A stretch of 64,000 nt of DNA from an uncultured Verrucomicrobiae bacterium (GTDB lineage: Bacteria > Verrucomicrobiota > Verrucomicrobiia > Palsa-1439), in the NCBI GenBank assembly GCA_963812605.1, contig CAWEWF010000007.1:32001-96000 (forward strand). The letters are read 5' to 3'. A program made the translations under genes and the position numbers. Of this stretch, positions 37,966 to 48,435 are shown piece by piece (position 1 is the stretch's first letter; every line of letters begins with the position of its first letter). Below the pieces are notes generated by a model that was not told the origin of the DNA, made no database searches, and worked only from the letters and a program-made list of their open reading frames with translations.

Positions 37966-40201
37966 TCACTTCCATTTCAGGAGGGAAATGATGTCTGAAA
38001 AATCGTCCGTCCACAAGCCGAAGCTGGGCCGAGCCTCCAGCAGCTGCCATCGCCGGTCTGACGGCAGCGCGCGCAAATCCTCTTTGGCGCGCGCCAGGAC
38101 GACCCATTGGGACGCTTCCTTGCCCTGGGCCGACTCGCTGGCACTGATGGCGAGGTCGTCGCGATAGTAGCAAACCAAACGGGCATCCCTCGCGAGATTG
38201 GCGACGACCGGCTTGAGATCGAGCCGCCGGTTGGAAATGTGCAAGGCGATTAACCCGCCATCGGCCAGTTTCTCGAGATAGAGGCGCATGGCTTCACGCG
38301 TCAGCAGATGGACGGGGATCGCATCCGAACTGAAAGCATCGAGGATCAGCAAACCATACTGCCGTTCGGGAGCTTCGCGGAGCCGCAGTCGCGCGTCTCC
38401 CAGGATCACATTCAATTTCCCGGCGGAACTGCGCTTCAGAAAAGTAAAATACCGCGGGTCATCGGCGATGCGCTGGACGGCGGGGTCGATTTCGTAGAAT
38501 GTCCAATCCTGTCCTGGCTGCGCGTAGCAAGCCAGCGTGCCCGCTCCCAAACCAACGATGGCCACGCGCGGCGCGACGGGGGCGGCATTGAACACGTCAA
38601 ACACCTGCCCGACAGGCCCGGTGCGATGGTAATAGGCCAACGGTTCGGTCGCACGCGCTGGATCGACGCTTTGGCGACCATGAACCGTGTTGCCCTGCAC
38701 AATCTGGTGAAACTTTCCCAGCGGATCGGTCGTGACGCGCAACACCCCGAAGAAATCCCGTTCGATATGCAGGATTCGGCCCTGCGAGGACGCATACAGA
38801 CTGGTGGCGGTGAGCATCGCGACAAGACTCAGGGCAAATTGAGCCGGGCGTTTGACGAGCCGGTAGGCCAGCAATGCCGGCACGCCAAAAATGGCAAGGG
38901 TGCCCAGGAGCGCCGGGGTTGCGCTGGAAGTCTGCAGTGACAGGATGAGCCCGGCCATTAGTAAGCCAATGCCCAGCGGCCACAAGGATTTTTGCCAGGG
39001 CTGTCTGCGTGGGGACAATTGGAGTTGTAACCACGGGACGCACGGCACAGGCCAATATCATTCCCAAGGGATATTCCCATACCCGATGAAAAATCACGGG
39101 CGCAAGCAGCGCGTTCATGATCCCACCCAGCACGCCGCCCACGGACAGGCAGAGATAAAAATCCGTCAGGCGCGCTGCCGGTGGACGATCCCTGACCAGT
39201 TCGCTGTGGCAAATCATCGCGGCGGCAAAGAACATCAGCAAATGCAGAGTGACGATGAGCCAGGCGGGCTCGGTTACTTCCACGGTTATGATGATGATCG
39301 ACACCACGGTGAGGAAACACAGGATGCGACCCAGCCAGAATGGCGCGAGAAGTGGCCGTCGCGCAAATACGAGGATGAATGTCAGGAGGTAAAGTCCCAG
39401 CGGCAACACCCACAGGAGCGGAATGGGTGCCACGTCGGTTGTGATATAGGTGGTCACGCCCAGCATCAAGCTTGATGGCACGAACGCCAGCAGCATCCAA
39501 CGCAACCGTCGCCGCCATGCCACCGGCCCGCTGCTTTCAAGGCTATCGCTGGTGCGCGGTTCAGGGATTCTTCGACGCCACATCGTCGCCGCACAGCCCA
39601 ACACCAGCACGACAAGAATTCCGTAGCCCACGGTCCAAAACCGGCTCTGTTGCGCTAACCGTAACCGGGGTTCGATCAGGATTGGATAGCCGAGAAGTCC
39701 CAACAGACTGCCGGCGTTGCTGGCGGCATAGAGAAAGTACGGATTGCCAGCGTCGGGATGCGTGGTGGATGCGAACCATTTTTGCAGCAATGGCGCGGTG
39801 GCCGATACTACCAGCAGGGGAAGACCGGCGGTCAATGCCAGAAAGCCCAACAGCCAGGGGATGGGATTTGTGTCGACAGGCACCGAGCCGAGCATTCGTT
39901 GCGAGAGGCTGATGGGAAGCACCACCGCGGGCAGCAGCATCAAACCCAGATGGGTCAATGCCTGGTATCGCGACCCGATCCAGCGCGCAGACCAGTGCGC
40001 ATACGCGTAGCCCAACAGGAGGGTCGATTGAAAGAACACCATGCAGGTGTTCCAGACGGCGGGCACGCCGCCCAACAATGGCAAAACCATTTTCCCGATC
40101 ATGGGCTGGACCCCGAACGACAAGGCCGCGCTCAGGAAGAGTGTTGTGGAAAACAAAAGCGCCGTGCGTTCCCCATTCCGCGGGTCAGAACGCATTTCCA
40201 T
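37966..40201 (-). CDS. Fused membrane / spermidine-synthase-like SAM-binding protein; frameshift near 39015
   Basis: QPMIGK..LGG.PAVW..FFQ, PYFLYAASNAGS, WVLPL; C-terminal VGLGAG, FYEIDP, GDAR, DAFSSDAIPVHL, WTDD. Confidence 0.85.
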
Positions 40202-40326
40202 CGCGCTTCTTCTGGATGGTTTGGGCGGGTGGAAGCATCTTGCGATTTGGAGCCTGATTTGACATGCTTCGTTTCAGAAGCCGATTCTAGGGCGAGTGGG
40301 GAAAATGGCAATGGAATTAGACTTAA

Positions 40327-40758
40327 ATGACTGATTTACCGCCGCTACTCCGGGATCAAAGGAAGGTGGATGCCGACCATTTGAAGATGTTGGCCATTTT
40401 CCATTTTGTGGGGGTGGGTCTGGCGTTGCTGGGCATTGGATTTCTGTTTCTGCATTACACCGTGATGCACATGGTCATGTCCAATGCCAAGGTGTGGGAG
40501 GGGCAAAAGAATGCACTGCCACCGCAGGAATTCTTCGCAATCTTCAAGTGGTTTTATCTGGTGTTGGGCGTGTTTCTGGTTGCGAGCGGCATCGGCAACC
40601 TGCTCTCAGGCCTGTGGATCCTCGCCAGGAAAAATCGCATGTTTTCGCTGGTGGTTGCCGGGTTAAACTGTCTTCATGTTCCGCTCGGCACGGTCCTCGG
40701 CGTTTTTACCATGATCGTTTTGTTGCGAGACTCTGTTCGCGAACTATATGAGGATTAA
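40327..40758 (+). CDS. Hypothetical membrane protein
   Basis: DADHLKMLAIFHF, several TMs, PLGTVLGVFT..VL.R.SV. Confidence 0.75.
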   Translation: MTDLPPLLRDQRKVDADHLKMLAIFHFVGVGLALLGIGFLFLHYTVMHMVMSNAKVWEGQKNALPPQEFFAIFKWFYLVLGVFLVASGIGNLLSGLWILARKNRMFSLVVAGLNCLHVPLGTVLGVFTMIVLLRDSVRELYED

Positions 40759-40808
40759 GCCGGGGCTGCGGTGAACCCGGCGTTAAGCGGCGGCATTGCG
40801 CAGGGTGG

Positions 40809-42919
40809 TCAGCCAAAGAGTCCAGGACCTTGGTCGTCGGCTGAACCGCGGGCGGGCGTCGAATCACCGGTCAACATCTCGGCAAACTTCTTGTAGAGTG
40901 ACTTCAATTTGTCGAGGTAGTAGTCGATGTTTTCGTCGCGACGGGCGGGATTGAAGTCCGATGGCGAGTTTGCAGTTGTCGTAAACGCTGACGCGTTTGC
41001 TGTCGCCGGTGACGTAGTAGGTGATCTGGTCGCCCGGTTGGTAGGTGCTTCCCCGATTTGAAGGCCAGCTCATACACGGCACTGCGGTTGCGGGCGCTCT
41101 TGGCGATCTTTTGTTGATAAGCATCCAGTGTGTCCTGCAGCGTCTCCGTTTTGGCGAGCATTTCGATGGGGAACTGGCCGCGTTCGATCTTCTGGCAGTA
41201 GTTCTCGTAGAGTTGCGGTATCTGTTTCGCTTCACCTGTGAGCGCGAGCCGGAGCGCGTCCTCGAGAAACCGGCGCTGGAACTTTTCCAAACCTCGCGAG
41301 CGAAGCGCGGAGCCGGTCACGTGCAGCTTGCCATCACTATCGAGCAGTGCGTAGTTCTTCATCTTGTAACTGAACATCGCAGGGAACTGTCCGTCGATCT
41401 CGACATCGAGGCCCTTGGGCAGCGCGGCCTGCAACTCGCTCTCGAGCGTTTTGGGATCGGTCTGGGGCGGGGGGACGAAGTACAGGCCGTCGGTATCGAT
41501 TTCGATGACGTTAGCGCCACGTTTCTGCAGCCAGTCGAGCATCGTCTTGAGCGTCTCGCGACCCCTGGCGGTGACTTCCTCCGCCGCCGTGAAATCGCCG
41601 AAGTGCGCCTGCGAAAAACCGAGGTACCCGTAAAAGGAGTTGATGAGGATCTTGAAGGTCTGCTGCAAGGCGTCCAGGTGCTGTCGCTGCCGATCATCCT
41701 TCGCGGCTTTGACGTCCGCTTTGGCGCGCAGGCGGAAGTGGCGGAGATCGCGCAGCAACGGGAGGAGCAGATTCAGCTCGTCGCGTTGCGATTTGATGTC
41801 AAACGCCAGCATCAGCGACGGATAGAGCGATTGCACATCGCAATGCCACACGTTGCGCAGGATGCCCTCGCGGAAAACATCCGTGTAACCGCCCGCGAAC
41901 GGACGCGGTTCGCTGAATTGCGGGACCGAATGCCGCTGGTACAGATACTCGCGTAGAAAAAGCGCGTCGATCTTCGTCGCGTTGCCGCGGACGACGACGT
42001 CCTGATAGTTGTACGGGAAAATTTGCGCCTGGACGAAATAACTCGGGCTGAGCAGGTCGCCAATTTTCCGCACCGCCGCCGCGTCGGTTTCCGGCACGCC
42101 AAAATGCCGGGCGACTTCGTCGAGGTCGAAGCCCTCCAATTCACGCGACGACACGTCGTAGTACACGCTGAGCAGAAACGTATCGACGACATGGCGACCG
42201 TGGATTTCGTATTTGGGGTATTGGATGGTGCGCTCGGCGATTTGCACGCGCGACTGGCGGGAGCGAAGGGGCGAGCCATCGCGGCCGAGTTTCAGCGGCA
42301 CGCGGACGACGCGCGCGCGAGCAGTGAGTTGCGCCAGGACGCCGCGGAAAACGTCGTGCCCCTCGATCACGTCCGGGTCACGCTCCTGGATTGTCTCGAC
42401 GAATTTCTTGAGGATTCGGGCCTCCGTCCCCGTGAGTTCCTCCTGCCAACCGCGATTATCACAAAGTTGCAAAGCCTGCAGGATGCCGTCGGCAGCGACG
42501 ACTGTCGCCAATTGCAGGCGATGAAGCTGGTCAAAGCGCAGGGCCTTGAACGACGTACGCCCCGTAGCCATTAAATACTGTTGTACGGGATCGTTGACGG
42601 CAAAGTAAGGGGCGGCGCCGAGAAATTTGCGCGCTTGCTGAAAATCCGTCCAGGATTGGAACCGTGCGAGAGACTTAAACGCGCCACCGCCTGCCAGCGG
42701 CACATACTCGACTTTGCGGTCGAAACCCTGCAGGAAGACTTGCTCGCCCAGCCAGAGGAATGGCTCGAACGACTGCGTTTCGGTCGTGAGCCTGCCGTCG
42801 ATTCGGCGGAAGACGGTAATTTCGGAGTCACCGGCGAGTTCCACGCCGACGATGCCCGAAGTCTCGTCACGGCCAAAAAGCAGTTGGTTCTCGGTGAAGG
42901 ACGCCGCGCTGGCTTTCAC
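40809..42919 (-). CDS. polB: Family B DNA polymerase with degenerate 3'-5' exonuclease; frameshifts near 41047 and 40962
   Basis: DVQSLYPS, KILINSFYGYLG, IDTDG, KNYA; reconstructed C-terminus ..DENIDYYLDKL..DDQGPGLFG ends at TGA 40809. Confidence 0.88.
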
Positions 42920-42930
42920 AGTGGCACTAT

Positions 42931-42970
42931 AACAAAAACGGCCTGTTCCGAAAGCTTTCGGAACAGGCCG
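42931..42970 (-). terminator. Rho-independent terminator of the PA2779-like gene
   Basis: Perfect 32-bp palindrome CGGCCTGTTCCGAAAGCTTTCGGAACAGGCCG followed on the minus strand by TTTTTGTT. Confidence 0.85.
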
Positions 42971-42988
42971 GGTGGTGGATAGAGAAAG

Positions 42989-43378
42989 TTACTTCAAGTC
43001 TGTCCAACTGAATAACAGACGGTAGACGTTGTCAAAAAAGCGGCAAAACTGATGGCCAATATAGCTGAGTGGGCCAAGCGGATGCACATTTCCACCTTGA
43101 ATCGTCCCACCGGCCTGAATCAGGTCCGCCTGCGCCGCCAATTCACCAAGTTGTCGTTCGCTAAGTTGCGAGAGACGGGCTCGTGCCTGCTCGCTGCTCA
43201 AGCCGACGGCCTGGAGTTGGGTCGCCACGATCTTCTCGCTGAGCAGCGCATCGGCCTTTTGATACGCCGTGGAAGCGCTGGCCGATGCAACGGACTCACA
43301 AGGAGCGGCGTAAATGGAGGATGCGCCGACGATGATTGCTGTGACCGCGGACAGGACAAATAAGCGTGCCATATTCAT
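42989..43378 (-). CDS. PA2779-family-like exported protein
   Basis: SD GGAGG; signal peptide; VATQLQAVGLSSEQARARLSQLS..QL..LA....AGG. Confidence 0.7.
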   Translation of the reverse strand: MNMARLFVLSAVTAIIVGASSIYAAPCESVASASASTAYQKADALLSEKIVATQLQAVGLSSEQARARLSQLSERQLGELAAQADLIQAGGTIQGGNVHPLGPLSYIGHQFCRFFDNVYRLLFSWTDLK

Positions 43379-43418
43379 GATGATCGCCTCCGAATATCTG
43401 TCCCAAGTATAACGCAAG

Positions 43419-44549
43419 TCATGCCCGGCACAAGGAAATTTTCTCGCGTACCCAGGCAATCTCGCGGCAAATGTTCTCGACGAGCCTTTCGCGCCCGCGC
43501 AGGTGTTCGGGCCACGTGTAGGTTTCGATGATCAGCGGTACGGCGAGGGCCACGGAGGGAAGTGCTGTCAAAAACCCTTCCACCTCGGCCAGCGTTGTCG
43601 CCACGGGAGAATTCATTTGGGGACAAACCGGCAGATGATAGTGCACCCGAAAACGCTCGATTCCCGCCGGCGGCGGTTCCGTTGGCCAATCCAGCGAGAA
43701 GAACGCCTTGCGGCCGTTTCCGTCCACACCACAAACCTGATGAAGGTAGATCGAGTCTTTGTAGAAGGGTTTGAGCTGGACCAACTCCGCTGCGTTCGAA
43801 ACGTGGATTTTCGCCACCGGCACGCCATGTTTCTCGAGAAGCCCGAGCGAGTCGGCGAGGTCTTCGAATTCAACCAGTTGATGCGAAAGGTCGAAGTTGA
43901 CGGCGAGATGTCTGCGGGATTCCATGGACACCGATTGTTCAAAGAACTCGATCACTTCAGCGGTTGTTTCCACCGTCAATCCCGGCTCGGGTTCGAGCGC
44001 AACGACACAGCGGACGCCGGTGCGTTGTTCCAACTTCGCGGCATGCTCGGCGCAACGCAGGATGTTCGGCGCAATGGTCGCCAACGACACCGGCTTCAGC
44101 GCGCCAAACGGGACGCTGACGGATACGAACTCGGAATCCTGCGGCGCGAGTTGGGACAGCAGGTCGAGGCAGGCGTTCGTAAAGCGGACGCGAGCATCGG
44201 ATTCGTGCCACGCGGGCAGATAGACCCGTTCCTTCACGGGCTGCCCGTGAAACGCGGGCATGACAAACCCATTCACGGTGACCAGCGCCAGATCGTGCGT
44301 GTCGAGAAAGTATTTGAGGCGCGCAACCTGGTCACAATCATTCTGCAAATCGCGGACGATTTGCGCCGAGAAGCGGAGTTCGATGGGAAAAACTTCGTTC
44401 GGGAAACCGCCCTCCTTGATTTGCAAAACCTCATCCTCGAGGCAGGTCCAGAGTTCCGCCAGCGAGTCGTACGGAAAGACGTTCAGCGCGTAGCCGACGG
44501 AGCGGGCTTGGCGGCGCTGGACGAAGTCGGCGATGTGATTTTCTGGCAT
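43419..44549 (-). CDS. eboE: EboE-like TIM-barrel protein
   Basis: Y..NVFP, TVNGF..FH..PVKERVY.P.W, LEPEPG, DLSH..VEFED, KIHVS, YLHQ, RVHYHLP, ETYTW. Confidence 0.85.
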   Translation of the reverse strand: MPENHIADFVQRRQARSVGYALNVFPYDSLAELWTCLEDEVLQIKEGGFPNEVFPIELRFSAQIVRDLQNDCDQVARLKYFLDTHDLALVTVNGFVMPAFHGQPVKERVYLPAWHESDARVRFTNACLDLLSQLAPQDSEFVSVSVPFGALKPVSLATIAPNILRCAEHAAKLEQRTGVRCVVALEPEPGLTVETTAEVIEFFEQSVSMESRRHLAVNFDLSHQLVEFEDLADSLGLLEKHGVPVAKIHVSNAAELVQLKPFYKDSIYLHQVCGVDGNGRKAFFSLDWPTEPPPAGIERFRVHYHLPVCPQMNSPVATTLAEVEGFLTALPSVALAVPLIIETYTWPEHLRGRERLVENICREIAWVREKISLCRA

Positions 44550-45367
44550 GCGGCGTTGAGGAATTCAATGGATGCGCGGGCAACTTCCGTGGCACGGTGG
44601 CTGTCGCGTGTAAGCTCCACATTGATCAGTCCGGTGTATTTGTTGTCGCTGAGCACGCGGAGGATGGCGACGAAATCCAGTTGGCCTTCGCCGAACATCC
44701 GGTGCTCGTGTTTGCGGTCGCGGATGTCCTCGATGTGAATATTGCGGACGAGGTTGGCAAACTTGCCATAAACCTGGCGGAACGGGGTGGTTTCGGTGCA
44801 GAACACATGGCCGATGTCCAGGGTCAGTCCAAAGCGCGCGCTGCTAATATGTTTCTTGAGCACTTCAAATTTCACCATGTCATCCACCAGCATTCCCGGT
44901 TCCGGCTCGAAGGCAAGTTGCACGCCACGGCGCTTGGAATGCTCCGCGAGCTGCAGGCAACCCGTGACGAGCCAGTCCCAGGCCTGATGTTCCGGGGTTT
45001 CGGGATCGGGTGCGCCCGACCAGAAGCTGACGCATTCGGCGTGCAAATCGGCGGCGATATCCACGGCCCGCCGCAGGAATTCCAGCCGAATCTGGCGGCC
45101 TTCGCCGCTCACAAGCGTGGGATGGTGCTTGCGCTGCGGATTGAGAAGGTAACGCGCTCCGGTTTCGATTACGACGCGGAGTTGCAGCTTGTCGAGCAGT
45201 TGGCGCAAGCGGCCAAGATCGGCGGGCTCGACCGTGAAGGGGTTGCAGTGGTAATTGTCCAGCGTCAACGCGACACCGCGATAGCCGCAATCGGCAATGA
45301 TCTCCAGCGCATCCTCGAGTTTGTGGTGCGCAAAGCCGTTCGTGTTGTAACCGAAACTCAGATTCAT
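44483..45367 (-). CDS. Sugar phosphate isomerase/epimerase (TIM barrel) typical of ebo-like clusters
   Basis: GYNTNGFAHH, GVALTLD, IETGARYLL, FEPEPGM, LDIGH, HIED, HEH..FGEG, VEL.R. Confidence 0.88.
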   Translation of the reverse strand: MNLSFGYNTNGFAHHKLEDALEIIADCGYRGVALTLDNYHCNPFTVEPADLGRLRQLLDKLQLRVVIETGARYLLNPQRKHHPTLVSGEGRQIRLEFLRRAVDIAADLHAECVSFWSGAPDPETPEHQAWDWLVTGCLQLAEHSKRRGVQLAFEPEPGMLVDDMVKFEVLKKHISSARFGLTLDIGHVFCTETTPFRQVYGKFANLVRNIHIEDIRDRKHEHRMFGEGQLDFVAILRVLSDNKYTGLINVELTRDSHRATEVARASIEFLNAACQKITSPTSSSAAKPAPSATR

Positions 45368-45506
45368 CTGTGTGTCTCGAACGACGACTCGCCCTGGTCA
45401 ATCCGGCTCGAAAAATAACGCGAGTCTGATAGATTTGCGAGAGCAAATGATTCCCCCGTCACGATTTAAGGCACGGCCGATATGCATTTTCACGGGCGCC
45501 GCCAGG

Positions 45507-46346
45507 ATGTTTGGCTGTATTCTTGTGGCGTGGTTGACGATGGCGGCCGTGTACGAACCGCCCGCGCGTTCCGACCCGGATGTTCTCAAGGACAACGGAC
45601 CCGCCGTTCCGGGGAGCGACCCGGCCCGCGCCGTCCTTTACCAGGGACGAGGCATCCAGCTTGTCAACGATGGCAAGCTGGAGCCGGCGCTGGACCAGTT
45701 TCGGCGCGCCGCCGCGTTCGATCCGTTGAATCCCAGCGTGCTTATCAATATCGCGTACGTGCTCGATAAGCTGGGACGGTATGAAGAAGCCATCGCCCAG
45801 TTGAAGGATGCCGAGAAAATCGATTCCCGCAACAGCATGATCTATCTGAACTGGGGCAACTCGCTCATTAATATGAAGAAGTTCGAGGAAGCCCTCCAGC
45901 CGCTCCAAAAAGCGGCGGATCTCGACCCCAGCAACGAACTTGTTTACGTGGAACTGGGCGCGGCCCTCAACAACCTCGGTCGTTTCCCGGAGGCCGCCGG
46001 CAAATTTGAGAAAGCGATCGAACTCAAACCAAAGGATGTCGCTTCCATCTTCAACCTTGCTGCCGTCTGGTCCAGGGCCGGCGAGACGGCGAAAGCCATC
46101 GAAAAATACGAGCGCGTCATCGAACTCGACCCGAAGAACCTCACGGCTTACTTCAACTGCGCCGCGCTCTACGAAAAGAACAACAACCTCGACGGCGCCA
46201 TCGATAAAATCCGCCAGGCGATCAAGGTTGATCCGGATAACGGGACCTTGCGTGAGGTCCTCTCGCGTTTGCTCGTCGCCAAGGCGAATCAGGTCCCCGC
46301 AGTCAAGGCGCCGGCCGGGTCACCCGAGCAAGAGGCGGCACACTAG
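45507..46346 (+). CDS. Exported TPR repeat protein
   Basis: About six 34-aa repeats (A..LDP.N..Y.N.G); start uncertain. Confidence 0.8.
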   Translation: MFGCILVAWLTMAAVYEPPARSDPDVLKDNGPAVPGSDPARAVLYQGRGIQLVNDGKLEPALDQFRRAAAFDPLNPSVLINIAYVLDKLGRYEEAIAQLKDAEKIDSRNSMIYLNWGNSLINMKKFEEALQPLQKAADLDPSNELVYVELGAALNNLGRFPEAAGKFEKAIELKPKDVASIFNLAAVWSRAGETAKAIEKYERVIELDPKNLTAYFNCAALYEKNNNLDGAIDKIRQAIKVDPDNGTLREVLSRLLVAKANQVPAVKAPAGSPEQEAAH

Positions 46347-47636
46347 CGGCGCGAGCTGGGTGGCGTCTACCCGGTCTTGAAGTTGGGCGACCTCCGCGAT
46401 TTTCTCATCCACCACCAACGTCGCCCAGTTATTTGGATCAGAATCGCCAGCGGGCACGCGGCCATGCGATCCCTTGACAAGGAACGGGTCGACGGCGGTC
46501 GCGGGCTTGAACGTGCGGGCCATGCGGCGCCAATCGAACCATAATTCGCACGGGTCGTACCCGGGCTTGCGGTGGATGTCCACGAAGCGGGCAAATTCGG
46601 GGGCTTTGTTCCAATCCATCCACCAGTAATAGGCAAACCACTTGTCGGGCGGAGCCACGGCGATCAACTCGCCCGCGCGCGGGTGGTCGATGATTGCCCA
46701 ATCCAGCGGATGCGCGCTGGCGAGCGCGTGCCGCGCGGCCTGGATGGCCTGTGGTTTGCAAAAGATATGAGCAACTTGGTGATCCGCCATGGCGAACGCA
46801 TCGCTCAATTCAAAATCCAGGTACTCTTTGCCGACGATTTCGCGGACATGCAGCAGACCGGCTTGTCGCAAGATACGGTTCGGACAAATCGCTTCGCGAA
46901 CCGGCGCGAGCGAGTATTCGGAACAAACGATCATTGCGGCCTGGCTGGAAAATTCTTCCAGCAACTCCCCGACAACGCCGTCGATCTCACGCAAGGCTTC
47001 GTGAACCTGGGTCGAGTCCGGCCCGAATTTCTGCGATGCATAGTCAAGGTGCGGCAGGTACACGAGCAGCAAATTCGGTTTGTGTTTCCCCCACGTTTCC
47101 AGCGCCGCGTTGGCAATCCAGCGGCTCGAGGCCAGTGACGCGATGGGGCCCCAGTAGGTCGGCAATTTGAAATCCCCGATTCGGGATTTCAGTTTTTCGT
47201 AGTAACCCGCGGGTTTCGAATAACACCATTGCACCAGGCCGCTGTCGAGATGCAACGGGCGCGGGGTGATGACAATATCGGAGTTGATGTACATCGAGTT
47301 TTGCCAGAACAACACGGCAGTCTTCAATTCGGGGCGCGGCCCCTTGAGTTGGTCCCACAATCGCGTCGCTTGGACGAGTTTGTCGGGCTGCTCCCAGAAC
47401 TTCACCTCGTGCGCGTCGCGGTCGTAATAGCCATTCGCGATGATGCCATGCTCGCTGGGCGGTTTGCCAGTGAGGAGGGTGGCTTGCATGGAGCAGGTCA
47501 CGGCGGGGAAAGTCGGCCGCATGGGGCGCACCAGGCCGCGTTGCGCAAATTTCGCGAGATGGGGAATCAACTCGGGTCGCTCGAAGTGGTGCGGCGACAG
47601 TCCGGCGACGTTTAGTACGACCACGTGTTCAGTCAT
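46320..47636 (-). CDS. eboF: EboF-like alkaline phosphatase / nucleotide pyrophosphatase family protein
   Basis: FPAVTC, HGIIANG, YLPHLDY..QKFGP, SEY, ADHQVAH, VDIHRKPGYDP.EL, VKGSHG. Confidence 0.88.
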   Translation of the reverse strand: MTEHVVVLNVAGLSPHHFERPELIPHLAKFAQRGLVRPMRPTFPAVTCSMQATLLTGKPPSEHGIIANGYYDRDAHEVKFWEQPDKLVQATRLWDQLKGPRPELKTAVLFWQNSMYINSDIVITPRPLHLDSGLVQWCYSKPAGYYEKLKSRIGDFKLPTYWGPIASLASSRWIANAALETWGKHKPNLLLVYLPHLDYASQKFGPDSTQVHEALREIDGVVGELLEEFSSQAAMIVCSEYSLAPVREAICPNRILRQAGLLHVREIVGKEYLDFELSDAFAMADHQVAHIFCKPQAIQAARHALASAHPLDWAIIDHPRAGELIAVAPPDKWFAYYWWMDWNKAPEFARFVDIHRKPGYDPCELWFDWRRMARTFKPATAVDPFLVKGSHGRVPAGDSDPNNWATLVVDEKIAEVAQLQDRVDATQLAPLVCRLLLG

Positions 47637-47639
47637 GTC

Positions 47640-48347
47640 TCACGTCATGGCGAAAACCCTGCCCAATACCAGGGCCGGGACCAACAATGACAGCACCAGC
47701 AGCGCGCCAATCCAATCTCCAAAGGGCGAAAACATGACAACCACCGCATCGACCACGATGATCCCCAGGAGCAACCGCTTGATGATCTGCTGCAGGGCCG
47801 GATTGTTGGCTTCGCGGCGCGACAGGAAGGTGATGATGCCAGCATAGATTCCGACCGCTGCGGGCATCCACCACATACGGACCGGCAGGCAACGCATCCC
47901 GAGCAGGAAATTCGCAAAACGGCAGGTGCCGAGCACGAGCGGACGCAACACAGCGAAGCGTCGCGCCCAGGCGTTGTAGAAAAAAATCATCGCGCCGAGG
48001 AAGACGCCCACGCCGAACGGAACCGGTCCCGCCAACGCCGCCAACGCCAATGCCGCGATCATCAGGGCTGATCCGAGCAACCACGCTGTTTTCAAAGTCA
48101 CCGCGCCACTGGGCAACGGGCGTTCCGGGCGTTCCAGGGAATCGAGGACGTAATCGAAACAATCGTTGAACACGATGCCGGAGGTGTAGAAGCAGGCCGA
48201 CGCGCCCACCAGCAAAGGCAATTGCCAGGCCGGTGCGCCGCCGCCCACGGCGAACCAGCCGGCCAGCGGATCGGCCATCGCCGTAAAGGTGTTTGGCAAC
48301 CGAAGCAATTGCACGTACGCGAGAAGTTTCGGGCGCTGGTTCGTCAT
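47640..48347 (-). CDS. eboC: EboC-like UbiA prenyltransferase
   Basis: LLRLPNTFTA..D, GIVFNDCFD..LD..ERPERPLPSG, G.CR..N. Confidence 0.85.
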   Translation of the reverse strand: MTNQRPKLLAYVQLLRLPNTFTAMADPLAGWFAVGGGAPAWQLPLLVGASACFYTSGIVFNDCFDYVLDSLERPERPLPSGAVTLKTAWLLGSALMIAALALAALAGPVPFGVGVFLGAMIFFYNAWARRFAVLRPLVLGTCRFANFLLGMRCLPVRMWWMPAAVGIYAGIITFLSRREANNPALQQIIKRLLLGIIVVDAVVVMFSPFGDWIGALLVLSLLVPALVLGRVFAMT

Positions 48348-48435
48348 AGCCGCGTGATTGTTGCGAATGCACGGGCGCATTTCCAGTGGAATCGGACTGG
48401 AAATCCGCGGGCAGCTTGGCGACAATGCCGCGCCC

